Shown here: piece after piece, positions 1-12,520 of the stretch
Numbering within the stretch: the first letter of the stretch is position 1
Layout: the number at the start of each line of letters is the position of its first letter
Origin: Octopus bimaculoides
Taxonomy: Eukaryota
Direction: 5' to 3'
Length of the DNA stretch: 64,000 bases
Assembly (NCBI RefSeq): GCF_001194135.2
Contig: NC_068986.1
Coordinates: forward strand, 73,815,939-73,879,938
Position numbers and translations under genes: made by a program
The notes under the pieces: generated by a model
Told to the model about the DNA's origin: nothing
Seen by the model: the letters and a program-made list of their open reading frames with translations, nothing else
Databases searched by the model: none

Positions 1-16
1 TGACCACCTCCTGCCC

Positions 17-502
17 CTACACCTTAGCCCGTTCATGGCATCTGATTTGGCTTTTTAAACCAGACAGTGTTTTAAAAAAACACCCACACAGATTGCACCT
101 CTGATTTGCACTACCAATACGTGCAAGTTAGTTCTGCTCATTGTGGATCTTAACATGTCTTTTAAGACCCCCATTGGATTTGCAAACCCTCTGGCACACA
201 CCACATTCAAACGTGTGCACAGGCATATAATCAGAATAGCTGATTGAAGTTTGTTTTCCATGGGTTCTCAAGTGAGATTTGAGGCCAGCCAAAGACAGAC
301 ATGGTCTGTCACAGACGGTGCACACAAAAAGGTCCTTGTCATTCACCTTCTCGATCTTTACATTTTTCCTTAAATATCTCTTGAGCCCTGCTTGCATCAT
401 CCTGGCTTCTTCAAACGCTTTCACTCCACTCCACACCCTTGTTCGCCATCCAACTCGTTGGCGATTTTCATTCTCTGTCTTCCCTTCTTTGGACTTTTCC
501 AA
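17..502 (-). mobile_element. 3' end of an RTE-clade non-LTR retrotransposon ORF with three C-terminal C2H2 zinc fingers (one in-frame stop); 5'-truncated
   Basis: GWRTRVWSGVKAFEEARM matches the RTE post-RT motif (W...G...FE..R). It is followed by CTVCDRPCLSLAGLKSHLRTH and CGVCQRVCKSNGGLKRHVKIH. Reading through TAA at 128-130 in the same frame gives LARIGSANQR-CNLCGCFFKTLSGLKSQIRCH-ERAKV, with a stop at 17-19. Confidence 0.75.
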
Positions 503-722
503 TATTTCTGACGAAGATCTCTGCTCGAAACGTTAAATCCTTTCTTTTTTCTTTCCTTTCCAGAGCGTCCAATAACACTGTACTTATTCCACGTCCTCGC
601 ATTGTTTTTTCGTGTTTTTTCTTGCTTGTTCATGTTGAAATTGTTTATATATACTTATATATATATATATATATATATATTTATNNNNNNNNNNNNNNNN
701 NNNNNNNNNNNNNNNNNNNNNN

Positions 723-766
<44 letters not shown>

Positions 767-1476
767 TAATTTAAATACTTTGGGAAAATCAATTTCCAGA
801 TCAATCAGGTACAACCCTTCATCATATCTTGGGGTCTTATTTATCATATATCTATATCTTTATCTAGAAATATACAAAGTATCTAATAAAAGTCAATAAT
901 AATTCAGCTTTTTGGGATTAATAGATATGTGGGTATTCTATTTCAGATAATAGAAAAAAAAAAAATAACCTAATGAGTATATCTGAAAGTATGTATGGTA
1001 TCCATTTGCACATCACGAAATAATATTTAAGGGGATGTAACCATTATACCAGCAGGGTATATACTATACTTCCTTAATTATCTCCTACTTTAATTAACAC
1101 TTAAATTAATTAATTGTATATGTATAAATATATATACATCTTATTAATAGTTATGGCCAAGCCAACAGGGCAGTCCAAAAAATAGGACGAATGCTGCTGT
1201 TGATTAGCTCCAAGAGGCCATCGCCTCTAGCTAGCTATGTGGCACATGAACCTGTGTCCTTTATAACCTTCGAGCAGGGGAGGTCAGCCACTTCCCTTTG
1301 CTGGTTTGACATCTACAGGCTAGTTTCAGGGTGTATGCATATATATAGAGAGAGACTTAGAAATATTAATATTTCTATTTTTGAAAACCAGTGGATGTAT
1401 TCCACTGAATACATAAGTAAATAATTTTTCGTACAGATGGTCAGTAGCAATGCCTGTTGGTTCGGTTGCCCTACAG

Positions 1477-1800
1477 ACTTATTCTTTGTAAGCCTAGTAC
1501 TTATTCTTTTGGGCTCTTTTGCCGAACCGCTAAGTTACGGGACATAAACACACCAGCATTGGTTGTCAAGCGATGTTGGGGGGACTAACATAGACACACA
1601 AACATATATATATATATATGTATATTTACATATATATGATGGGCTTCTTTCACTTTCCGTCTACCAAATCCACTTACAAGGCTTTGGTTGCCCTGAGGCT
1701 ATAGTAGAAGACACTTGCCCAATGTGCCACACAGTGAGATTGAACCCGGAACCATGTGGTTCGTAAGCAAGCTACTTACCACACAGCCACTCCTACGCCT
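1477..1800 (-). mobile_element. tRNA-derived SINE, family A
   Basis: Reverse complement of the copy at 13772-14184 (AGGCGTAGGAGTGGCTGTGTGGTAAG head, GGTTCAATCTC box-B-like motif, internal TA/CA microsatellite). Confidence 0.85.
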
Positions 1801-1854
1801 ATATATACATTTACACATCGGTATGTACAATTATATGTGCATATCTGTATCTAT

Positions 1855-1912
<58 letters not shown>

Positions 1913-2897
1913 TAGACCAGAGTACATATACCTCCAAAGTGCATTACACTAAATACAAATAGTAACCTCAATTATGTAATAAGATGTGGAGAACAAAATT
2001 CAATAAAATGATATCATCATTGTAATTAGAAGACAAAAATCTCCATGCAAGGATGTTTACAATCTAAAAACAACAAGCAAATGAAGCACATTCAATATCA
2101 ACTAATCCAAATTTTGAAAAATAAAGTTGGTGTTAACTGGTGCTTTCTGCTGTAGAGACCATGTCACAGTAGACATCAAAATTAGGTGCAGTCCTTCATC
2201 TTACTAGCTTTCATCAAACCATCAAACCCAAGTCAGCATGGAAAAGAGACATTAAATGATGGTGTGATATAGACAATATATGAATTTTGCTCTAAAAGCC
2301 CATATGAAGATGTCTCTTATGGTAGCTGCCACAGTATAGTTTGTTCTAACAGAACCTCTACATTTAAGTGGGGATAAATAATACCTCTTGATATTAATAC
2401 TGCTTTTGTTGCTAATAAATATTTTTTAAATGATGATAATGAAAGTCAAAACAGTTAGGAGTGGATCTTGTCTTTAAAGCTTATTGCAGCAAGTAATGGA
2501 CATGTTTCAGTCTTGTTAGTTGTCATAAACTAGACTTGGAACTAATCACTACATATGTGTGTGTGTGTGTGCATGCATGCACGTGTGTATGTGTGTGTGT
2601 GTGTGTGTGTGTTTGTTTGTTTGTGTGCAGAGAGAGTGGATAAGGAATAATGATGTTGATAGAATATGTGATAAAGATGTTGAATATAATATTATCAGAT
2701 TATAATATTGTCAGATGCTTGGTCAACTGTCAATAGTATTATAACTGTTAGTTTCACCATCTGTTGGTGCATTATGTAATAATATTGATTCACCTTTATA
2801 CACACACACACACACACACACACATACACAGGTATGCACTTGTATGTATGTGTATGTACATTAGTACATATATATAAGTGTGTGGGGNNNNNNNNNN

Positions 2898-2947
<50 letters not shown>

Positions 2948-3171
2948 ATTCTACCATTCCTATTTCACTTAACATATAAAGATAGACAAGATGTTAGCAC
3001 ACTGGCTATAAAATCAAATATTACTGTCATTTTGCATTATATCACTGTATTATAGTTGTTAGACCATTCCTACATTACACATGTAGCTTTTCTTCAGTAA
3101 GTCACTGCCCAGCCTATGCTGACTTGAAAACGCAGATGTGAAAGAAAGAACAAATGAACATATTCATGTAT

Positions 3172-3221
<50 letters not shown>

Positions 3222-3539
3222 TGTCTGTAGTTTCTCTATATGGAAAAGAAGCAAACTCTAAAACATTGGGACAGTAATATATATTTAGAAGGTTGATTGT
3301 TATGGCAGGTCAAAGAGTGACCATTGAATTCACACCTATAAAGCACTTAGCTGTATAGGTAAGTCACCCATACAGCTAAGCACTTTATAGTTGCAAAACC
3401 AATGATCAAACTGGCTGGTCATAACAATCGACCTTCTAAAATATATATATATATAATATAAACGCTGGCAGGAATACATGTGTGCGTGTGTGTGTGTGTG
3501 TGTGTGTGAATGAATGAATGTATGTATGTATGTATGCAC

Positions 3540-3586
<47 letters not shown>

Positions 3587-3821
3587 NNNNNNNNNNNNNN
3601 NNNNNNNNNNNNNNNNNNNNNNNNNNNNNNNNNNNNNNNNNNNNNNNNNNNNNNNNNNNNNNNNNNNNNNNNNNNNNNNNNNNNNNNNNNNNNNNNNNNN
3701 NNNNNNNNNNNNNNNNNNNNNNNNNNNNNNNNNNNNNNNNNNNNNNNNNNNNNNNNNNNNNNNNNNNNNNNNNNNNNNNNNNNNNNNNNNNNNNATATAT
3801 ATATATATATATATATATATA

Positions 3822-4130
3822 CGAGGAGCTTCTTTCAGTCTCCGTCTACCAAATCCACTCACAAGGCTTTGCTCAGTCGGAGGCTATAGTAGAAAACACT
3901 TGAAAGGCACCATGCAATGGGACTGAACCCAGGACCATGTGGCTGGTAAACAAGCTACTTACCACACAGCCACTCTTGTGCCTATATATATCTACAGGTA
4001 CAGACCTAGCTTTGTGGTTAAGAAGTTCACTTCCCAACCATATGACTTGGGGTTCAGTCCCATTGTTTAGCATCTTGGGCAAGTGTCTTCCATTATAGCT
4101 GTAAGCTGATCAAAGCCTTCTGAGTAGATT
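3822..4130. mobile_element. Two partial family A SINE heads, head-to-head (3822-3982 minus, about 3997-4130 plus)
   Basis: Shared CCAAATCCACTCACAAGGCTTT and GGTTCAGTCCC motifs in opposite orientations. Confidence 0.7.
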
Positions 4131-4138
4131 TGTGTGTA

Positions 4139-4169
<31 letters not shown>

Positions 4170-4509
4170 ATTTATACAAAGAATTCATTCATATAGGGCC
4201 TTTTTGTTTCTAGTTTTTGAAATAAAACATGTTTTGGATGTTTATTGTTTGATAGACTGGGAGATTATTGTTCCCTCTGGAAAAAAGATGGAGACTAGAA
4301 AGGAGTCAGGCTGTAGAAACTTTGCTTCTATGTACTCTTGTCTGACTCATGAAAGCTTGGAAAAGTAGATGTTAAAACAGTGATGATGATATGTGCATGT
4401 ATAATGGAGATAAATCTACAGTTATTTATTTGAAAAGCTTAGGTGTAGGTATTAATATGATGCATAAGCATCAGATTGTTCCCATAAGCAAATAGAAATA
4501 ATGATTGAG

Positions 4510-4905
4510 GTGCCGGTGGCATGTAAAAAGCACCATTCGAGCGTGATCGTTACCAACATCGCCTTACTGGCACTTGTGCAAGTGGCATGTGAAAAGACAT
4601 TCGAGTGAGGTCGTTGCCAGTGCTGCTGGACTGGCTCCTGTGCAGTTGGCATGTAAAAAACACCATTTGAGTGTGGCTGATGCCAGTACCACTTGACTGG
4701 CCCTCATGCCAGTGGCACGTAAAAGCACCCACTACACTCTTGGAGTGGTTGGTGTTAGGAAGGGCATCCAGCTGTAGAAACTCTGCTAGATCAGATTGCA
4801 GCTTAGTGCAGACATCTGGTTTCACCAGTCCTCAGTCAAATCGTCCAACCCATGCTAGCATGGAAAGCGGACATTAAACGATGATGATGATGATGATGAT
4901 GATGA
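4510..4905 (+). mobile_element. Family D repeat: SINE or RTE-LINE 3' end with (GAT)n tail and internal tandem TGGCAYGTRAAAAGCAC units
   Basis: Ends CCAACCCATGCTAGCATGGAAAGCGGACATTAAACGATGATGATG; related copies at about 6600-6920, 53378-53830, 58545-58825 and 62993-63170. Confidence 0.7.
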
Positions 4906-5126
4906 TTGAGGATCCTCTTTACAAATTTGTTTCAGGATAATTGCCTTTCATCAGAGATGTAATGCTATTTTTTAGCTATACAGGTAACTTTGAATCTAAA
5001 TTTCTATATGTGGAAGTAACTTATATGCATAGAACAGTAACAGTTATCCTGATTTCCATATAAATGCATTAATCACCCACATTAAATTAGATAAAGTGAT
5101 AATATATTTATAATAATACATTTATA

Positions 5127-5303
5127 GGTGCAGGTGTGGCTATATGGTAAAAAGCTTGCTTCCCAACCACATGGCTCTGGGTTCAGTCCCACTGCATTGC
5201 ACTTATGGCAAGTGTCTTCTACTATAGCCTCAGGCCGACCAAAGTCTTGTAAGTGGATTCGGTTGACGGAAAATGAAAGAAGCCTGTTGTGTGTGTGTGT
5301 GCG

Positions 5304-5356
<53 letters not shown>

Positions 5357-5586
5357 TTGTATGTGTGTCTTTGCATCTGTGCCTGTCCTCCCATCACAGC
5401 TTGACAACTGGTGTCAGTGCATTTATGTCCCTGTAACTTACCTGTTTGGCGAAAGTGACCGATAGAATAAGCACTAGGCTTAAAAATAATAAGCCCTGGG
5501 TTTGAATTGTTCAACTAAAATCCTTCAAGGCAATACTCCTGCATGGTAGCAATCAAATGACTGAAACAAGCACAAAAATAAAAGAA
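5127..5586 (+). mobile_element. tRNA-derived SINE, family A
   Basis: AGGTGCAGGTGTGGCT head, GGGTTCAGTCCC, internal (GT)n, AAATGACTGAAACAAG tail. Confidence 0.8.
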
Positions 5587-6043
5587 TAGTAAATGCAGCA
5601 TCATTCAGAATACTTGAGATATATATATATAAAGAGATAAATCTGTAGATGCTTTTTCTCTATTCATTTTCGTTACCAACAACCAGCATGTAACTGCACA
5701 TCACAGTCTCCCTAGCATTACTTCCTTCCCTATTTACACTCTCTCTTGTCTGTCCCTCTTAGTCATCAATCTGGCTTTTATGTATCTTCTCAGTAATCTT
5801 AAACCGAGAAGAATTATCACAACACAGAGTAGAGAGGACTCTATATTCTTGTATGTGTGTCTATACACATGCATGCACCAGAAACACAATATGTATGAGT
5901 ATATATGTAGCATATGCTTCTGCACAGTATTTCTATCTGTCTATCTATCTATCACTTTATATGTGTGCGTGAGTGTATATTATAGGGTGTAGAAAATGAT
6001 CCAAACACATTTTTCTTGCGGATGTAGAAATCCTACATAAGCT

Positions 6044-6501
6044 TTTATTCTTTTACTCTTTTACTTGTTTCAGTAATTTGACTGCGGCCATGCTGGAGCA
6101 CCACCTTTTAGTCGAGCAAATCGAACCCAGGACTTATTCTTTGTAAGCCTAGTACTTATTCTATCTGTCTCTTTTGCCAAACCGCTAAGTTTTGGAGACG
6201 TAAACACACCAACATCATCGGTTGTCAAGTGATGGTTGGGTCACAAACACATGAACATGCACACACACACACACACACACATCACACACACACACACACA
6301 CACACATAACACACACACACACACACATATATATATACGTCGGGCTTATTTCAGTTTCCATCTACCAAATCCACTCACAAGTCTTTGGTCAGCCCACGGC
6401 TATAGTAGAAGACACTTGCCTAAGGTGCCACGCAGTGGGACTGAACCCGGAACCATGTGGTTGGTAAGCAAGCTACTTACCACACAGCCACTCCTACGCC
6501 T
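6044..6501 (-). mobile_element. tRNA-derived SINE, family A, near full length
   Basis: Colinear reverse complement of 13772-14184, including the (CTTTTACT)n tail. Confidence 0.85.
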
Positions 6502-7277
6502 AAGACACCTGTTTCTACCTCTCTATCTCTTTGTCATCCTCTGACCTTTCATCTTCTGACACAATTTCCCCTCCTCAAATGCTCCTGCCCCTCTCACAAT
6601 TCCTTGTCTTGTGAGTTACTTGGTGACCCTGCCAGTGCTGGTGCCACGTAAAAAGCATCCAGTCCACACTGTAAAGTAGTCAGCATTTGGAAGGGCATCC
6701 AGCTGTAAAAATCATGCCAAAACTAATCTCACATGTGCTAGTGCCATGTAAAAAGCACTGAGTCCACTCTGCAGAGTGGTTGGTGTTAGGAAGGGCATCC
6801 AGTCATAAAAGCACTGCCAAAACAGACAGAGTAGCATAAAGAAGTTTTTCTACCTGGCCAGCTCCTGTGAACCATCCTACCCATGCATGCATGGAGGATG
6901 GACGTTAAACAATGATGATTAGGATGATGGATAGAAAGCAACAACTTCTATCTATTTGTTTGTCCATTTCACACTAGTGTTGATGACATGATAAAATGCA
7001 CCCAATTCTGGATATTAGGAAGAGTATTCAGTCCTAGAAACCATGCAAAAATAGAATATATGATTAGATCCCACGATCACAGCCATGGTTATCGGTTGCT
7101 TTTTGACTTCTTTCAACAGAACCTCTTCCTTTGACCTATCTATCTGAACATTCTGCCTTCAGAAAAGCTGCCTGGGTTTCATGTCTGTTTTGGCCTGGTT
7201 TTTTAGAATGGTAAAAAAAAGGGTCCTAAAGAGACTTTTATCAGTCATTATATTTAGATATAATCATTAGCATGCCA

Positions 7278-7455
7278 TGCAAAACGCTTAGCAGTATTTT
7301 GTCTGACTTCACATTCTGATTTCAAATTCTGAGGTCGACTTTGCCTTTCATCCTTTTGGGGTCGATAAGCTACATACCAGTGAAACACTGGGGTCATTGT
7401 AACCGACTAGTCCCCTTCCACCAAATTTCAGGCCCTGTGCCCTTAGAAGAAAGGA
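7278..7455 (+). mobile_element. SINE family B (GAGGTCGACTTTGCCTTTCATCCTTT core)
   Basis: Core recurs at about 11226-11410(-), 11560-11660(-), 33285-33470(-), 40693-40873, 42875-43090, 52337-52550, 58905-59105, 61481-61893 and 62040-62230(-). Confidence 0.75.
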
Positions 7456-8227
7456 GTATATTTAGATACATAGTTTTTATTTTTTTATGATGCACCAAAT
7501 AGCTGTGGCATTTGTGTGTGTGTGCATGCATTCATGTGTGTGTGTGTGTTGGGGGTAGGCACAGAAACACACACACATGCATTTGCATATACTCACTCAC
7601 ACTCTCATACACACTCACTCTTTCTCCCTCTCTATCTCATACACACATACACATACCAAACACACACACACACACACACACATGCACACACACTCTGTTA
7701 TTTTTTTTCCCTCTACATAAACATGTATACATAAATATGTGGGATTTGTACATCCACTAGGAAAATATGTTCAGATCATTCTGTACAGCCTATAAATTTC
7801 ATGTGGATGTGTATGTGTATACACGAGTAACAGAAACATGTATATACCAATCATATTTTAAGCCCTTTGCCTCAGTGAAGGTATGTGTGTGTATGTGTGT
7901 GTGTAAAGGTATATGTGTTAGCTGTGGCAAGGGGTGTATAAAATGCAATACATATGTTTTTCCCTTGTTGGTGTTCATTTTCTAAGATATAAGGTTCCTT
8001 CTTTTTTCTGCCAGTTCTTTCTACCTCATTGATCAACCAGCTTACATGTACCAATCTTCTGTTACCAACCCCAAACTTTCTGTAATCTTGGCAATATTTT
8101 GCTGCTAAAGTTGTCAGTGTTGCTATGGAAACAGAATTGTTTTTAGTGTTATTTTTCTTTTTTCCTTTTTTTTTTATTCTGGTAGTCTCATAAACTTTTC
8201 TCATGAAACATTCCCATATACTGACAT

Positions 8228-8423
8228 CTATGAATAGGACAGAGCACATGCACACATACATACACACACACATGCACTACGTGCACACACACATACACAC
8301 ACGCGCACGCACACGCACACACACACACACACACACACTTGCATGCACATATGATGAAGCTGATATATATCCACGTACCTGTACATACATATACATTCAT
8401 ATTTACAGACATATACACACATA

Positions 8424-8475
<52 letters not shown>

Positions 8476-8485
8476 NNNNNNNNNN

Positions 8486-8550
<65 letters not shown>

Positions 8551-8574
8551 CACAGACATAGGTATCTGTCTTCC

Positions 8575-8605
<31 letters not shown>

Positions 8606-9324
8606 TATATGTGTGTATGTATGTGTACATATATGTCTCCTCTCTCTCTATACATATATATATATATCTATACATATTTGTCTCCCCCCTCTCTCTCACT
8701 CTGTACACACACACACACACACGCACACACACACACACGCACACACGCACTCACACGCGCGAGTGTTTAACCACATATGTGGATGCATAAATTTGTATCC
8801 ATATCCATGTATGTGTCGATATGTGTGTGTGTGTATGTGCATGAATAGATACACATATATAAACAATTAAAAATACAGAATATATTTATTTGTCATCTAA
8901 AAAAGAGATGTCTAGAATTTTGTACAGGAATTTATGGACACACACATACAACCCATACAACCTTCCATCTAAGAATACAAACGCAGTCTCTTTACACATC
9001 TGTCTTTATCAATCTTGTTTTGTTCTCACATACACATAGTCTATCCAATGCCCATACACTTAAACATATTCATGCATAGCTGTATATACATTAGCATACA
9101 AAATATTTACATATCTATTCGCAGAAGTCAAAATTTGTTAATTGTTTTTAACTGAATTTCATTCACTCAGTCACTCACTCCCCCCTTTCTCTCTCTCTCT
9201 CTATATCTATATATATATATATATATAAACACATATATATATACATATATAAATATGCATATAAACCTATATGTATACATATATATACATATATATAAAT
9301 ATATAAGCATATATATATATATAA

Positions 9325-9367
<43 letters not shown>

Positions 9368-9507
9368 CATATGCATACATATATATATATATATACATGC
9401 ACATATATATGTATACATACACACACACATATATATACACACACATACATATATATAAACATACATATATGTATACATGTATAATATATATACCAATATA
9501 TATATAN
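8228..9507. repeat. Compound microsatellite field: (CA)n, (TA)n, (TG)n, (CT)n
   Basis: Directly visible; abuts N-gaps at about 8477-8485 and 9507-9893. Confidence 0.95.
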
Positions 9508-9910
9508 NNNNNNNNNNNNNNNNNNNNNNNNNNNNNNNNNNNNNNNNNNNNNNNNNNNNNNNNNNNNNNNNNNNNNNNNNNNNNNNNNNNNNNNNNNNNN
9601 NNNNNNNNNNNNNNNNNNNNNNNNNNNNNNNNNNNNNNNNNNNNNNNNNNNNNNNNNNNNNNNNNNNNNNNNNNNNNNNNNNNNNNNNNNNNNNNNNNNN
9701 NNNNNNNNNNNNNNNNNNNNNNNNNNNNNNNNNNNNNNNNNNNNNNNNNNNNNNNNNNNNNNNNNNNNNNNNNNNNNNNNNNNNNNNNNNNNNNNNNNNN
9801 NNNNNNNNNNNNNNNNNNNNNNNNNNNNNNNNNNNNNNNNNNNNNNNNNNNNNNNNNNNNNNNNNNNNNNNNNNNNNNNNNNNNNNNNNNNNNCTCTCTT
9901 TCTCTCTCCC

Positions 9911-9971
<61 letters not shown>

Positions 9972-10874
9972 TGAATTTATGTTTCTTTATATAGATGTTT
10001 TATTGCTAGATTGAAAACTGTTTTATTTTCTCTTCAGTTGTCACTTCCATTATCAACTCACCGTCATCATCATCATCATCATCATTTGATTTTTATGGAT
10101 GTATTTCTGTGATGTCATTCACAACGATACAAAATTACACTCATATTTGTATATGAGTTTAATTTCTCATGAATTATTGTTAGGAAATTAAAGATTGATA
10201 ATATTTTATGTCATTTTAATTTTTCACTGTATTTTATTTAAAATTTCTGTCAGTTTTAGAAATAAATATTTACTTAATTGTTTTACACACACACACACAC
10301 ACACACAAACACAATACATATACACATACATACGCACACCTCAATTTGCATTGCATCTAATTCATTTCAGCATTCGTACATGTTAGTTAAATATTATAGG
10401 GAGATTCTAGAAATGCTTAAAATGTAGTGTGAAGAAAAACAGAAGAGACTGAGATTAATCTTGTTAATCAATATTTATAATCTTATCCTAAGTTCTCTTT
10501 AGTTCACCTTTTCCTACCATTAAATCTGGATGCTTCTTCATCAGACTTGCATAATCTATTCTTATGATCTATCTGTAACCATCGCAGTGGTAAATTGCAT
10601 CAACTGTTGAGTGCAAGCAAACTGAGAAAAGCTGTGATGTATTAAGACTATTGGCAGGATAGGCTGCTACACTGGTATGAATCTATGATGTAAACAGTGG
10701 AATCTCTGCTGAGTTGAAACAGTCCTGTCTATGCATTGACAGTGGAAGGCTCCTTTCTAATATAACAGGCACGTCAAGAAAGGCAGAAATGATGATGAAG
10801 TCATAATCTGTTGGATGCTGCATATGAAATGGGATTGGGATGACTGGGAAATTTCAGTTCAAACCAAAAGTGGA

Positions 10875-10875
<1 letters not shown>

Positions 10876-10921
<46 letters not shown>

Positions 10922-11035
10922 TAACAATTCTGCTACTGCTGCTGCTGTTGCTAATAATAATAGTAATAATAATAATAATAATAATAATGATGATGATGAT
11001 AATGATAATAATAATAATAATAATAGCTTAAGAAG
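10876..11035. repeat. Compound trinucleotide repeat (AAT)n/(GCT)n/(GAT)n
   Basis: Directly visible; source of the poly-N and poly-I pseudo-ORFs. Confidence 0.95.
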
Positions 11036-11658
11036 CTAGAATGGAGCAAGGATTGTAAGGAAGGTGGCAGAAAGTTGAAGAAGGAATGACCCAAAAGAAC
11101 TTTGGCCATTTGATATGACTTGCTCTTTTGGTATCGTGTTGGTATAATATCAGCCAGAGCAAAAGCATCAATGGAAATAATAACGATAATAATAACTGTA
11201 ATAATAATGATAATAATAATAATAATAATTCTTTCTACTGTAGGCTCAAGGGGAGAGAGGCTAGTTGATTACATGAACCCCAGTACTCAACTGGTACTTA
11301 TTTTATTGACCTGAAAAGATGAAAAGCAAAGCCAAGCTTGGTGGAATTTGAACTCAGAACATAAAGATAACTGAAATATTGCAAAGCAGTTTGTCTGGCA
11401 TAAGAATAATTCTGCCTGCTTATCCACCTTATAATGATAATAATAATAATAATAATAATAATTGGTAATGATGATAAAAATAATAAGGATAATGATGATA
11501 ATAATAATCCTTTCTGCTATAGACACAAGGCCTGAAATTTAGTGGAGGGGACAATCTATTACACTGACCCCATTACACATCTGATACTTATTTTTATCAT
11601 CCCTGAAAGGATGAAAGGCAAAGTTGACCTCGGCAGATTTTGAACTCAGAATGTAAGG

Positions 11659-11691
<33 letters not shown>

Positions 11692-11701
11692 AATAATAAT
11701 A

Positions 11702-12520
11702 ATGGTATAAAAGATGGGCTACAACAAATATTCTGCTTAATACCCCAGATTTGCTTGTCAGTTGTTTGACCTTAACCAGTTGAGCATGTCCCTTGGTGGC
11801 AGACGATATGTGCATCTCTGATCATGAGCAGCAGTAATGGAGGAGCATCATAGCCATGTGTTGAGAGAAATTATTTGGGGTTTGAATAATTCACTTTTGG
11901 AAACATGGGTGTTTTGCTCAACATCCTTAAACAAACCATATTCAGGGACCTTTTGAGCAGGTTGGGCTACTCGGCCTGAAGAAAATTCTAACTGGGCCCC
12001 ACCTGTGAGGTCATGTGCTGTTTATCTTGATATGAAATCACCATGTCGTGCACATATGGCTGTGATACATGTGCCTGGTGTACCCTTATCAGACGGGTAG
12101 TCATGATGGGTATAATGGGCTTCGTATATTTTACCCCAGTGTCCCTTTGACGGCATGCACTGCTCTCTCACTCAATAATGATAATAATCTTGTTATAAAA
12201 GATGGGTTACAACAAATATTCTGCTCAATACCACAGATTTGCTTGTCAGTTGTTTGACCTTAACCAGTTGAGCATGTCCCTCATTCAGGGACCTTTTGAG
12301 TTGGATGGGTTACTCAACCTGAAGACAATTCTAATTGGACCCCACCTGCAAGGTCATGCACTGTTTAACTTGATATAAGGTTTCTATGCCATGCACATAT
12401 GATTGTGATGCATGTGCTTGGTGTCTCCTTATCAGACGGGTAGTCATGATGAGTATGCTGGAGTTTGTACCCCAGTGTCACTTTGATGGCATGACTGCTC
12501 TCTCACTCAATAATAATAAT
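11702..12520. repeat. Tandem pair of an unclassified ~480-bp interspersed repeat; second copy internally deleted; (TAA)n between and after
   Basis: Both copies start TATAAAAGATGGGYTACAACAAATATTCTGCT and end CTGCTCTCTCACTCAATAAT. Copy 2 jumps from GAGCATGTCCC to ATTCAGGGACC. Confidence 0.8.

Noticed and set aside
128-502. Host C2H2 zinc-finger gene
   Set aside because: The fingers follow an RTE post-RT motif, lack TGEKP linkers and have no credible start or splice acceptor; a retrotransposon origin explains them better.
790-830. Partial hammerhead-like TGATGAAGG...GAAA on the minus strand
   Set aside because: The core begins ATGATGA rather than CTGATGA, and no convincing stem II or III forms.
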